Below the pieces are notes generated by a model that was not told the origin of the DNA, made no database searches, and saw only the letters and a list, made by a program, of their open reading frames with translations. Shown piece after piece: positions 10,226 through 20,750 of a DNA stretch of 64,000 bases. This DNA comes from Sedimentisphaerales bacterium (GTDB taxonomy: Bacteria > Planctomycetota > Phycisphaerae > Sedimentisphaerales > SM23-30), in NCBI GenBank assembly GCA_963666285.1, contig OY762711.1. One strand, given 5' to 3'. Position numbers and translations under genes: made by a program. The stretch's first letter is position 1. Every line of letters starts with the position of its first letter.

Positions 10226-10795
10226 TCAAAGCCTGGCAGGAAGATCTGAGCGGAAAGGACATCCTTTTCTCGGTTTTGCCTCGGCATTGACAAGGTCATC
10301 AGCCATTTTTTGAGTTAACCGCCATTCATCCTCAGAAATTCGGCTTTTTCTATTTTCGATAATGCCAATATCATCAGAAAGAAACTCGGCAATCAGAGGC
10401 CGAAAATTTGAATATTGTCTATAACTGCAAGGTCCCTGAATTATATCCCGAACAACTTCACTGCCAACAAAATAGGTGTTAACAGTTAAAAGTCTGGATC
10501 CTTTTGACAGTTCATAATCCCTAACAAAACGTTTAGGAAACTTCATATTGACAACGCAATCCAATTCGTCTGTATACGCTGCAACAATCAGGTCTGGCCG
10601 GGTACGGATTACAATTGCGGCCCTACTATCGCCATACAGTAAATGTTCATCAAAATATTCTTCAGGAATTCTATAGCGAATACTAAAAAAACTCCACCAG
10701 GGAAATTTTTTCCTGAAGATATCCAGCTTTTTCCTGCTAAGCCTTACTCCAACTGGGTCACTAGCTTTAGAATTATGGTCCAGATACTTTGCCAT
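10226..10795 (-). CDS. Hypothetical protein
   Basis: 189-aa ORF starting 5 bp after the metG stop, probably co-transcribed. Confidence 0.7.
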   Translation of the reverse strand: MAKYLDHNSKASDPVGVRLSRKKLDIFRKKFPWWSFFSIRYRIPEEYFDEHLLYGDSRAAIVIRTRPDLIVAAYTDELDCVVNMKFPKRFVRDYELSKGSRLLTVNTYFVGSEVVRDIIQGPCSYRQYSNFRPLIAEFLSDDIGIIENRKSRISEDEWRLTQKMADDLVNAEAKPRKGCPFRSDLPARL

Positions 10796-10800
10796 TATAT

Positions 10801-12792
10801 CTATAATTTCTCAGATACTTCCTTTTCGAAGAAGTCGAATTTAGGCGGTACCTCGATGAACTTATGCGATTGAAGGTCATTGACATAATCCTGAACCGGC
10901 GAGAAGATCATTTCCCAGTTCCAGAGCGATTTATCCAGATTGAGATATTCAGCGATGATCTCAGTACCCTTCGGAGCTATCGGATGCAGCAGTTTGGTCG
11001 CAACCAGTACCATATGGAAGACATCTGCCAGGGTCTGCTGACGCAGTTCTTCCTCGCAGCTGTCGTAGAACGGATTGGCGGCCGACCATCGTTTGTTCAT
11101 CTCGCGGATAAAGTTTGTCAGGAGCATAGTGGTCTTGTGGAACTCATGGCTCTGCATGTCGCGTTCGAACTGCAGGATAGTATCGTTACAGATAGTCATA
11201 ACTTCATCGGAAATTTCAGATGCCGGTAATTGGCAATCGTAGAATTTCTGCGAGGTATAGAAGCATGATCGAACGGCCTTATTGAAGGCATTACATAGCA
11301 GGTTGCCTTCCTTGAGGACAGGGTCGGGATCACGTTCGGTAGCTTTCGGGTTGTATGGTTTCGGCTGGAAACTGACGTTTTTCATGCCGAGGCCGAGGCT
11401 GTTGAAGTGCATACGAAGCTGATCGGAGGTATAATGCTCCAGCAGCTCAAAGGCCAGCGGAGGTTTGACCTTACTGGAAGAGCTGGCCTTGATATTCATA
11501 AACAGCAGATGATGGTTGGCAATAAGGGTCGGCAGCTGCAGCTGGCCTTCGACCGGCATCTGCGGATTCGGCCCTTGTGTACCAGTAAAAATGGCAAGTT
11601 CGGGCAGAGCATAGAAATAGATATTATCTTCGCCGATAAACTGATAGATAGCGGTATCAGGCGAGCACCACCAGTCCTGCCATTTATTATTATCTTTATG
11701 GGTATCGGTGTTTTCGAGGAATGTTTTGGTAAATGAGATCGGTGCCCAGAGCGATTCTGGCCATACCCAGAAAGTTAGTCCTGAAAGCGAGTCAATTTCC
11801 GGGACGGGCAGTCCCCAATCGAGATTACCTGTCAGGCGAAACGGTACGAGGCATTTTTCGCTGCGATATAGGACATCGTTATCTCGCAAAACGATTTTTG
11901 CGGTATCCCTGTCGGCGAGGTTATTGAAAAGCAGCCGCACTGAAGGTTTACCATCATCAATATATTCGTGCTCGGGCAATTTAGACAGAACCGGCTGTAG
12001 ATTTTCGACCTGCTTACGAGTGATATGCAGGGTCGGTTTGACCAGATACTCTTTAATAGTGCGAATAACGACTTCTCGGCATTTACCAGAGTTTTCCAGA
12101 TCACTAACCCATTGAGCAATAAGTTTCTCGAACTCCGGGGTTTTGATATACCAGTTAGTAACATCTTTCATAACCGGAGTTTCGCCGGTCACAGCACTTT
12201 TAGGAGCGATGAGGTCTTCCGGTTCATACTGATGACCGAGAGAACATTCATCGGCATAGGCATTTTCAGATTTACAGCCGTAAACCGGGCAGCGGCCAAT
12301 CACCTGGCGACCGTTAAGGAAAGTATCACTTTCGGGGTCGTAGAACTGCTTGGTAGTAAGCTTTTCCAGGTGGCCGTTTTCGTAGAGGGTCTTGATCAGA
12401 TACTCTGCGATGTCCTTATGGTTGGCATATGCCGGGTCGAGACTGGAGGCAGCAAACAAATTCAATTTGACATTATAATCAGAAATTGTTTCGCGCTGCT
12501 TTTTGTGGTTGCGTTTGATATAGTCATCTAGCGAACCCTGGAAGCTGCCGTCGGCGACGACCTTGTTGTAGTCATTAACAATCGGCGAGCCAAAACAGTC
12601 GGTACCGGAGACAAAGACAACATTGTCATATCCGATCCGGTCGCGTAGAAAGCGGGCATAGATATCAGCAGGGATAAAAACACCGCCGATATGTCCGAAA
12701 TGGAGGTCTTTGTTGCCGTATGGCATGCCTGCTGTTATAACTGCACGTTTAGGAAACTGTGGTCTGTTTGTATTATCAATTTTAACTGACAT
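10801..12792 (-). CDS. metG: Methionine--tRNA ligase (class I)
   Basis: TAGMPYGN..LHFGH (HIGH), FVSGTD, zinc-knuckle Cys residues, WGLPVP, FIGEDN; KASSS at the KMSKS position. Confidence 0.9.
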   Translation of the reverse strand: MSVKIDNTNRPQFPKRAVITAGMPYGNKDLHFGHIGGVFIPADIYARFLRDRIGYDNVVFVSGTDCFGSPIVNDYNKVVADGSFQGSLDDYIKRNHKKQRETISDYNVKLNLFAASSLDPAYANHKDIAEYLIKTLYENGHLEKLTTKQFYDPESDTFLNGRQVIGRCPVYGCKSENAYADECSLGHQYEPEDLIAPKSAVTGETPVMKDVTNWYIKTPEFEKLIAQWVSDLENSGKCREVVIRTIKEYLVKPTLHITRKQVENLQPVLSKLPEHEYIDDGKPSVRLLFNNLADRDTAKIVLRDNDVLYRSEKCLVPFRLTGNLDWGLPVPEIDSLSGLTFWVWPESLWAPISFTKTFLENTDTHKDNNKWQDWWCSPDTAIYQFIGEDNIYFYALPELAIFTGTQGPNPQMPVEGQLQLPTLIANHHLLFMNIKASSSSKVKPPLAFELLEHYTSDQLRMHFNSLGLGMKNVSFQPKPYNPKATERDPDPVLKEGNLLCNAFNKAVRSCFYTSQKFYDCQLPASEISDEVMTICNDTILQFERDMQSHEFHKTTMLLTNFIREMNKRWSAANPFYDSCEEELRQQTLADVFHMVLVATKLLHPIAPKGTEIIAEYLNLDKSLWNWEMIFSPVQDYVNDLQSHKFIEVPPKFDFFEKEVSEKL

Positions 12793-12822
12793 ACTTATTT
12801 CTCTTCAATTTAGAATGTGTAT

Positions 12823-14970
12823 TTATTCATTTTCTTTTTCAGCGTGGGCTCCGAACTGCATCTGGTACAGCTGTTTGTACAAAGGAGATTTCTCGAGCAG
12901 CTCGGTATGTGATCCGGTCGCGACAATACGTCCTTTTTCCATAACAACAATCACATCGGCATCAAGAATTGTACTAAGCCTGTGAGCGATAATAAACGAA
13001 GTACGGCCCTGGGAGAATTCTCTTAGAGCTGCCTGGATCTTGGCCTCACTGTCAGAATCGATCTGGCTGGTAGCCTCGTCGAAAATCAGGATAGCCGGAT
13101 CACGCAGAATGGCACGGGCAATCGCCAGACGCTGCAGCTGGCCGCCGGAAAGGGTTGAGCCCTGTTCGCCGATCATCTCATCATAGCGGTTAGCCTTTTC
13201 ATTTATAAATTCATCAGCGTAGGCATGTTTTGCCGCTTCCTGAATCTTTTCCAGCGGAGCATCGGGCATGCCGTAAGCAATATTGTTGGCAATAGTATCG
13301 TTAAATATAACCGTATTCTGGGTGACGATTCCAAGCTGGCCTCGAAGCGAGCTGAGGGTAGCTTTTGTAATATCGACGCCATCAATCATTATTCTACCGC
13401 TGTTAAGAGAAAAGAACCGTGGAATCATGCTAAGCAGCGTAGTCTTGCCGGAGCCGTTTGGCCCGACAACAGCAATAGTCTGACCTGCTTTAACAGAAAG
13501 GTTAATATCAACCAGGTTAGGCTCAGGGCTGCCGGGGTAAGTAAAGCTTACATCACGGAACTCGATCGATTCCCGGACAGGCGGGATCTCAACGGCATCC
13601 GGGTCGTCCTGCTCAATTTCCCTGTCAAATAGTTCATAAACCCGCTGGGCCGAGGCATTGGCTTCCTGGATAGAAGGGATAACATCGCCAAGCTTACGGC
13701 CGCTTTCACCTGCGGTAGCTAAAAGAGCTATCAAAGTGATAAAATTTTCAATTGTCATTTCGCTGCCTTCAAGCATACGAAGGGCAAAGAACATACCGAT
13801 GCAACCACCTGCAAAGGCAAGAGCTTCAATAGTCGGACTTGAAGAAGCCTCAACCTTGGCCTTTTTGAGCTGTTTTTTGAGGAGATTATTGTTAACTTTG
13901 ACAAAACGCTCGGTTTCCCACTCTTCCCGATGGTAGCCCTTGACAACTTTTATGCCAAAGAAAGCTTCCTGGAGTTTGCCGAGGAGTAAGGACCATCGCT
14001 TTAATGTCCTGGTAGTCGCTTTTTTGCTTTTTTTGCCAATTCGACCAATGACAATTAAAATAATCGGTCCGGCACACGCAGTAATAAGCGTTATCTTTGG
14101 CTCAATCTGGTAAGCCCCGATAAACAGAGCAATAACAGTCAGAGGTTCGCGGACAGCTTTACCAAACAAAATGGAAATACCACGCCTGACACGGTTACTA
14201 TCCTGGATAAAACGGCTGATAGTATCGCTAACACCTTCGTTGGTATAAAAACTGAGCGGCATACGAATAGTACGAGTAAAAGTTTCATTTCGTAAATTCT
14301 GTATAGCCACCAATGATATTTTCTTCACTATATACTCATGGGAAAATCTGGCAACACACCTGATAATAGCAATAACAAGTATGGTCCAAATGCAAACAGC
14401 TATACACCGGTACTTATAATCCTTACCAATACCTCGCGGAATTTTATCTACGACATATTTAGCTATATTAGAAAAACTAATTACCTTTTTGGCTTCTGGT
14501 TCGAGCTCGACAAGCTCTTCCGAACGATCACGATGCCTGACGAATACAAATACCTTTTCATCAGAATTGGCAATAGCGGCAATTGTATCAAGCGGATTTT
14601 TAACGGCAGGCTTATATGAATCCTGAGGAGCTTCAGTTAAAACTTCAAGAATTTCATCGCCAACCTTTAGATTATTATCTTCATCGTTCACTTCCAGCTT
14701 GGTAACCATAGGCGGGATGAAGCGAGAAATATTACCGTCACCAAACTCTTTCGGCTCTTCAATAAGTAAAGTGACACCGGTACGATCTTTAACAACAAAA
14801 CTGTCAACCCAGCCATGAAGCCCCTGATCGCTAAGCATCATTTTAAAAACAGGCAACATCATCGAGATATTTATTGCCATAAGGATACTTACAACAAAAG
14901 CCAGAATTACTGACGGGACCAGTAGTCCCTTTTGCTGGAAGACGTATTTTAGTATGCGTTTGAAATACAT
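12823..14970 (-). CDS. MsbA-like ABC exporter (TMD + NBD) with a large periplasmic insertion
   Basis: GPNGSGKT, LSGGQ, ILIFDEATS and IAHRL motifs; about 140-aa insert after TM1. Confidence 0.9.
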   Translation of the reverse strand: MYFKRILKYVFQQKGLLVPSVILAFVVSILMAINISMMLPVFKMMLSDQGLHGWVDSFVVKDRTGVTLLIEEPKEFGDGNISRFIPPMVTKLEVNDEDNNLKVGDEILEVLTEAPQDSYKPAVKNPLDTIAAIANSDEKVFVFVRHRDRSEELVELEPEAKKVISFSNIAKYVVDKIPRGIGKDYKYRCIAVCIWTILVIAIIRCVARFSHEYIVKKISLVAIQNLRNETFTRTIRMPLSFYTNEGVSDTISRFIQDSNRVRRGISILFGKAVREPLTVIALFIGAYQIEPKITLITACAGPIILIVIGRIGKKSKKATTRTLKRWSLLLGKLQEAFFGIKVVKGYHREEWETERFVKVNNNLLKKQLKKAKVEASSSPTIEALAFAGGCIGMFFALRMLEGSEMTIENFITLIALLATAGESGRKLGDVIPSIQEANASAQRVYELFDREIEQDDPDAVEIPPVRESIEFRDVSFTYPGSPEPNLVDINLSVKAGQTIAVVGPNGSGKTTLLSMIPRFFSLNSGRIMIDGVDITKATLSSLRGQLGIVTQNTVIFNDTIANNIAYGMPDAPLEKIQEAAKHAYADEFINEKANRYDEMIGEQGSTLSGGQLQRLAIARAILRDPAILIFDEATSQIDSDSEAKIQAALREFSQGRTSFIIAHRLSTILDADVIVVMEKGRIVATGSHTELLEKSPLYKQLYQMQFGAHAEKENE

Positions 14971-15042
14971 ATATTGTTCAACTGACAGCTAATAGTTTAT
15001 AACTAATAGCTAAGGTGTCGCTGTGCGACGGTTTTAATAATC

Positions 15043-15087
15043 AGCGTGGGTATTTGTATGCTTTCGGTGCAAAACTTACCACACTAC
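15043..15087 (-). repeat. GTAG-type REP-like palindrome
   Basis: Minus strand reads GTAGTGTGGTAAG-TTTTGCACCGAAAGCATACAAA-TACCCACGCT: a GTAG tetranucleotide followed by an imperfect hairpin. Confidence 0.4.
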
Positions 15088-15112
15088 ATATTTACAAGCC
15101 ACACAAATAAAC

Positions 15113-16240
15113 TTATGGCAGGAATTTTTTTATGTCTTTAAGTTTGTCCGGCAGATATTGCTTAACAACAAAATCGAGGCCATGCTTGGCAAATGCCTGC
15201 TGTTCGACACGGACGCCGGCCTTAAGCATCTGAGTAATAGCTTTCTGCCATAGCTTATGATGATGAACAAAGGGGTCGTTCTTCATAGCATCCTTGGCAC
15301 GTTTGATATCGACATCTTTGAGCTTATGGGTCGGCAGCTCATAATCGATAACATCCTGAGGAGTAACGCCGAGGAACCTGGCCTGGGGTACACAGAAAAA
15401 CTCATTAAGGTGAGCGGCATTACCGGAACCAACCTTTAACGTACGGTAAATATTGAAATAACCGTAAGGATCGCCATCGACAAAGGCATATACAGGGATT
15501 TTCAACTCATCACTAAGCCGACGGATAAAACGACGGCAGGCACGAGTCGGTACGCCCCCCATACTGACAAGAATACACTGGGCGGAATCCCAATAGCCGT
15601 ATTTAACCAGACGCTGGAACATACCGGCGGTTTCGATAGCAAGTATGAATTTCGCCTTGCTGCGGAATTCCAGGTGTTCAACATCAATAGGAATAGAATA
15701 TGAACCGGAGCCAAACTTTGTGCAATCGATTCTCAGTCGTTTGCCGTCAAGGTCGCGGTCAATAACTTCAAGACGACCGGCAACTTCTCCGCCCTTTTCT
15801 TCCGGTATGAATTTCAGTTTTTCCCGGATAACACCAAACATGGCTTCAATATCTTCCATGACGGTATCAGACTCGGGCTGTTCCTTAAAGGCGGCATCTT
15901 CCCAGTTTTTACTGATATAATATGCTTCCCTCTTGGTAGCCATATCGTCCATTTCGATAAGCTCTTTACTGAGAGCCATCATTTTCATAGTCTGGGCGAA
16001 AGTTTTGACCGTATTAACTGTGAAATTACGTTCCTTAACATTCCCTTTAAGCTCGAAACATCCTTTTCTTTCATCATAGGAAACATTTGTCAACGATCTG
16101 ACCGGAATCCTCATATTCGGGATAGCCAGCCGATTTATCTTGGAATGGATATCCTTAGCGGATTCCTTGATCATTTTGATCACATCGATCTTATTTGCAC
16201 TGGAAGTTTTTTTGGTAGTTTTAGCTTCGGCCTTTGCCAT
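15113..16240 (-). CDS. top6A: DNA topoisomerase VI subunit A (Spo11-like)
   Basis: TKREAYY (catalytic Tyr), F.EQ.ESD, TOPRIM AIETAG and VDGDPYG, G.P.RA.RRF. Start placed at ATG 16240 after a GGAG ribosome-binding site. Confidence 0.93.
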   Translation of the reverse strand: MAKAEAKTTKKTSSANKIDVIKMIKESAKDIHSKINRLAIPNMRIPVRSLTNVSYDERKGCFELKGNVKERNFTVNTVKTFAQTMKMMALSKELIEMDDMATKREAYYISKNWEDAAFKEQPESDTVMEDIEAMFGVIREKLKFIPEEKGGEVAGRLEVIDRDLDGKRLRIDCTKFGSGSYSIPIDVEHLEFRSKAKFILAIETAGMFQRLVKYGYWDSAQCILVSMGGVPTRACRRFIRRLSDELKIPVYAFVDGDPYGYFNIYRTLKVGSGNAAHLNEFFCVPQARFLGVTPQDVIDYELPTHKLKDVDIKRAKDAMKNDPFVHHHKLWQKAITQMLKAGVRVEQQAFAKHGLDFVVKQYLPDKLKDIKKFLP

Positions 16241-16984
16241 ATATTGCTCCATCAATAAAATATAGAGAAACCTCAAGAAGCCGGCGACTTTCAGGCAGTC
16301 TAACTTAGGCTTCCAAAATCATTTCTCTCATTCCGGCAAACCAAAAAATATTGATCTATGCCAGAACATGTTAATCCTTTATATATAATAAAATCTACAT
16401 ATATTATTGTCATAAAGGTATCTTTTTCAAGCGTTTATGCAAATAATACAACATAAACTTTATTATTATCGGACATTTTGCTCTAAATGCCACAATAATA
16501 AAACGAAATATGATAACCTCCGGGCAGTCATGCCGCAACCAAAAAAGCAACCTGCATAAAGATGCGAGTGACCGAATACAGAAGAAAAAGTATTTTGAGT
16601 GATGATATCAAAATCAAATCTAACAACAACATTAAGCTATATAGATTTGGGCCTACCACACATCAATTAAGTCATTTTAAGTCAAATCAGGGTTAATAGA
16701 TACGCATTGTCCATTTAAATTAGTATAGATAAGCAAACAAGGGCATAAAAATATTGATGAAAATGCAAAAAAACTATATAATGGCTATTCTGACTTAAAG
16801 AAAGGCTGTAAATGATATTAACCTGATAATTACATATAGCTAAAGTAATTATTTACAGTGAGTTATAACAATATTTAGCAATAAGCCCACCAAAGATAGT
16901 TTATTCAGATATAAATGGTATTACCATGTTTCGCAAACAAGCATGAATCCCTATTTATCTATTGAAATAAGTTGAGACAATTAT

Positions 16985-17767
16985 ATGCTGGCAAAAAGAA
17001 TAATCCCCTGCCTGGATGTAGATAAAGGACGAGTAGTAAAAGGCGTAAAGTTTTTTGACCATGTTGATGCAGGCTCTGTATCAGAATGTGCAATACGCTA
17101 CGAACAGCAGGGAGCCGACGAGCTGGTGTTTTATGACATAACAGCCAGTCATGAGAAACGGGATTTGACCCTTGATGTTTTACGTGATGTTTCCGAGAAG
17201 GTATTTATGCCTTTGACAGTCGGAGGCGGCATAAGGACCATTGATGATGTTCGCATAATGTTAAACAATGGTGCAGATAAAGTCAGTATTAATTCAGCAG
17301 CGGTCCTCGATAAATCATTAATCAAAGAATCAGCCCTTCGTTTCGGCAGCCAGTGCATCGTTTTGGCTATTGATGCCAACCGGGTTATGAAAGACGGTAA
17401 AGAATTCTGGGAAGTATTTATTAACGGCGGTCGTAAAGGAACCGGAATAGGTGTTATGGAATGGGTACGCAAAGGTTATGCAGACGGAGCAGGAGAGATC
17501 GTTCTGAATGTTATGAACTCTGACGGAACCAAAGCGGGATATGACCTGGAAATGACCTCGGCAGTAGCCGAAGAAGTAAACATACCAGTAGTCGCCAGCG
17601 GCGGGGCCGGAACACTGGAGGACATGTACAAAGTATTAACAGAAGGCAAAGCCGAAGCTGCCCTGGCAGCAAGTATTTTCCACTTTGGCAACTATACGAT
17701 CCAGGAAGTAAAAGATTATTTAAGCGAAAAGGGAATAGTGGTGAGAAATATTGCAGCCATTTCCTGA
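16985..17767 (+). CDS. hisF: Imidazole glycerol phosphate synthase cyclase subunit
   Basis: [41 protein letters not shown] and ALAASIFH motifs. Confidence 0.98.
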   Translation: MLAKRIIPCLDVDKGRVVKGVKFFDHVDAGSVSECAIRYEQQGADELVFYDITASHEKRDLTLDVLRDVSEKVFMPLTVGGGIRTIDDVRIMLNNGADKVSINSAAVLDKSLIKESALRFGSQCIVLAIDANRVMKDGKEFWEVFINGGRKGTGIGVMEWVRKGYADGAGEIVLNVMNSDGTKAGYDLEMTSAVAEEVNIPVVASGGAGTLEDMYKVLTEGKAEAALAASIFHFGNYTIQEVKDYLSEKGIVVRNIAAIS

Positions 17768-17824
17768 TTCATTATAATATTATTATATCTTGTTTTTATT
17801 GCAATTTAGTAGGAGTAATAAGTT

Positions 17825-18958
17825 TTGAAAGGCCAACCAATATCCAAGCAACTGGCATCAGATAAGAGTCCAGCTATCGATAAATTTTTCAAGGCAGTAA
17901 TAAAAGTCCAGGGAAGTGACCTGCATTTGAAAGGTGACTGCGTTCCCAGGATACGTTCCAAAGGAGCGGTAAGAGAAACCGACTCCTCTGCTATCCCGGA
18001 AAATAAACTTGAAGAAATGATATTTGAGATTTTGAGTCCGGATCAAAAAGAATTTTTCTTACAAAACGGTGCTCTTGACTTTGCCTATGACTTTGGCGCA
18101 ACTGACCGTTTTCGTGTAAACATTTTCCGCCAGCGTGGCAAGGTTTCACTGGTAGCACGTCGTATCAGTGCCAAGATACCAAAGTTTGAAACCCTTAACC
18201 TGCATCCAACAGTTTTGAAAATTGCCGATTTACACCAGGGTCTTATCCTGGTAACCGGTGCGACAGGTTCGGGAAAAAGTACCACAATCGCGTCGATGCT
18301 GGATAGAATTCTCCGTGCCCGTCCGTGCCATGTTATCACAATTGAAGATCCAATTGAATTTATCTTTCAGGATGCGGTAGGCCTGGTAAACCAGCGAGAA
18401 GTAGGTATCGATGTACCTAACTTCGATGACGCCCTTCGTTCAATGATGCGTGAAGACCCGGACGTTATTCTTGTTGGAGAAATTCGAGATTATGTAACGC
18501 TTAACGCAGCTATCAAAGCATCTGAAACCGGCCACCAGGTATTTGGAACACTGCACAGTACAGACGCATACCAGTCAATCACCCGTATGCTCGACCTTAC
18601 ACCAGAGGTTGAGCGTCATATGGTACGCCAGGCGATCGTAGGTAACCTGCAGGCATTGATAGCTCAGCGTCTGCTCCCAACAATTCGTGACGATATCCCG
18701 CGTGTACCGGCACTGGAAATCCTGCTGGTAAACGCTTCGGCCAGAAAGCTTATAGCTGACGGGCGGGAAGTTGAGCTCCCAACGGTTATTAAGAGCTCTT
18801 ATGCAGACGGCATGATCGACTTTAATGAATCGCTGAGACGCTTTATCAAGGAAGAATTTATCGATCTCAAGACCGCATATAATTATTCACCTAACCCTGA
18901 AGAATTAAAGATGGCTATGAAGGGTATCAGATCCTCAGCCGGCGGTATCATCGGATAA
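17825..18958 (+). CDS. pilT: PilT/PilU-family type IV pilus retraction ATPase
   Basis: SDLHL, RFRVNIF.QRG, GATGSGKST, TIEDPIE, REDPDVILVGEIRD and TGHQVFGTLH are all intact. Confidence 0.9.
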   Translation: MKGQPISKQLASDKSPAIDKFFKAVIKVQGSDLHLKGDCVPRIRSKGAVRETDSSAIPENKLEEMIFEILSPDQKEFFLQNGALDFAYDFGATDRFRVNIFRQRGKVSLVARRISAKIPKFETLNLHPTVLKIADLHQGLILVTGATGSGKSTTIASMLDRILRARPCHVITIEDPIEFIFQDAVGLVNQREVGIDVPNFDDALRSMMREDPDVILVGEIRDYVTLNAAIKASETGHQVFGTLHSTDAYQSITRMLDLTPEVERHMVRQAIVGNLQALIAQRLLPTIRDDIPRVPALEILLVNASARKLIADGREVELPTVIKSSYADGMIDFNESLRRFIKEEFIDLKTAYNYSPNPEELKMAMKGIRSSAGGIIG

Positions 18959-19025
18959 TAATCAAATTCAAATACGAAATTTTAATTGTTAATAGACATA
19001 AATTAAAAAGTTACCAGGAAACACT

Positions 19026-20669
19026 ATGCTAAATCACATTTTATTGCAAACAGTTCAAGTCGGCGGTTATATTGCCGTATGGAAGGTACTGATATTTGTA
19101 TTTCTGTTTCTAATCTGGGCCGCAACAGGTCAATGGATAGACAAAGATGTTGTACAGGTAAGGAGTAACCGTACATTCTGGAACAACATATACCTGGGCT
19201 GCGGTTTGCTGATAATAATGATATGGTTTGTTCTGCCGGCCGCATTCTGGATATTACTGCTAATGTATTTCTTCGTATGGTGTACTGTAACAGTAGTATA
19301 TGTCATGCATCGTAATTCCAGAGTACCGAGCAACGAAACAATACTAACACCAGATCATATCAAATTTGTCCTGGCAAATTTATTCAGCGGTGACAAAGAG
19401 AAAAATTCAAAGCAGCGTCTGGTTTTCATATCAGTAAATGATAATGACCTGCCCGTGCCGCATAGAGAAGATGAAGAATACCTGGGCTACTCAGTCGCAG
19501 AAGATATGATCCACGATATGTGGTTCAGGCGTGTATCACATGCCGAACTGCTGCCAACCGGTCCTGAAGAATATAAGATCAAATACGTTATTGACGGTGT
19601 AGCTACAGTAGGTGACGAATTTGAAAAGGAAGATGCCCTGGAAGCAATAAAATATATCAAGGCAGTAGCCGGGCTGGACATAGGCGAACGCCGCAGACCG
19701 CAGGAAGGCAGCTTCTTTACAATTCGTACAGGAGACCATGAGACGGAATGGCGAATAACAACCAGCGGCTCCCGTCAGGGAGAACAGATAATATTCGACC
19801 GAAATGAAGAATTTGAAGATCTGCCGCTGGACGAGCTGGGCCTGCATTCAGACCAGATAAAGGTCATCCAGGAGATAATAGATAAGCCGTCCGGTGTGGT
19901 ACTGGTGGCCGGCGAACCAGGCAGCGGGGTAACATCGACACTTTACAGCCTGCTACGCAAACACGATGCTTTTATCCAGAATATATATTCATTAGAAAAA
20001 GATATAATGACAGATCTGGACAATATAACCCAGACAGAAATAGATGCATCTCCAGAGGCGCCAACACATACCCGCCAGATGCAAAGTATATTGCACTCTG
20101 ACCCTGACATTGTAATGGTTGACCCTTGTGATGAGCCGGGAATGGCCGAACTGGCAGCGAAATCATCCAAGATTGACGACAAGAAATTCTATCTTGGCAT
20201 GAAATGTGTTGACATGTTCTCAGCCTTGGAAGCATGGCTGAAATATGTTCCGGACAAGAAACTGGCAGCCCAGCAGCTGCAGGCAATAACCGGTCAGCGA
20301 CTTGTAAGAAAACTTTGCAAGGAATGTCACGAAGCTTATATCCCAGATGCAAATATCCTTAAAAAGCTGAATCTGTCAGCAGGCAAAGTTAAGCATCTAT
20401 ACAGACCGCCATCAGAAGTATTCTATGACAAGAAAGGCAACCCTATTCTTTGCGAAGACTGCCAGGGATCAGGTTACGTCGGCAGGACCGCCATATTTGA
20501 GATACTGATGGTAAGCGATGAGATTCGCAAGTTAATTGCCACCGGGGCACCGGTCAGCGAGATAAAGACTCAATGTCGCAAGGAAAAGATATTATACCTG
20601 CAGGAACAGGCTCTGCGAGCTGTTATATCAGGAGCTACAAGTATAAAAGAAGTACTAAGAGTAACCTGA
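19026..20669 (+). CDS. Membrane-anchored GspE/PilB-like protein with degenerate ATPase motifs
   Basis: Three N-terminal TM segments; ERRRPQEG and QRLVRKLCKEC...CEDC..SGY.GRTAIFE are retained; the Walker A reads GEPGSGVT. Confidence 0.85.
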   Translation: MLNHILLQTVQVGGYIAVWKVLIFVFLFLIWAATGQWIDKDVVQVRSNRTFWNNIYLGCGLLIIMIWFVLPAAFWILLLMYFFVWCTVTVVYVMHRNSRVPSNETILTPDHIKFVLANLFSGDKEKNSKQRLVFISVNDNDLPVPHREDEEYLGYSVAEDMIHDMWFRRVSHAELLPTGPEEYKIKYVIDGVATVGDEFEKEDALEAIKYIKAVAGLDIGERRRPQEGSFFTIRTGDHETEWRITTSGSRQGEQIIFDRNEEFEDLPLDELGLHSDQIKVIQEIIDKPSGVVLVAGEPGSGVTSTLYSLLRKHDAFIQNIYSLEKDIMTDLDNITQTEIDASPEAPTHTRQMQSILHSDPDIVMVDPCDEPGMAELAAKSSKIDDKKFYLGMKCVDMFSALEAWLKYVPDKKLAAQQLQAITGQRLVRKLCKECHEAYIPDANILKKLNLSAGKVKHLYRPPSEVFYDKKGNPILCEDCQGSGYVGRTAIFEILMVSDEIRKLIATGAPVSEIKTQCRKEKILYLQEQALRAVISGATSIKEVLRVT

Positions 20670-20750
20670 TAGGGATAGTTAAGTAATCAAACAACCGCGG
20701 TAACAAAAGAGATAACAAAATAAAGATATATTATTCCCGGAGAATATAAA

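Noticed and set aside
16466..16495. GTCCGATAA on the minus strand as a sigma-28 -10 box for top6A
   Set aside because: No TAAA -35 element at the required spacing.
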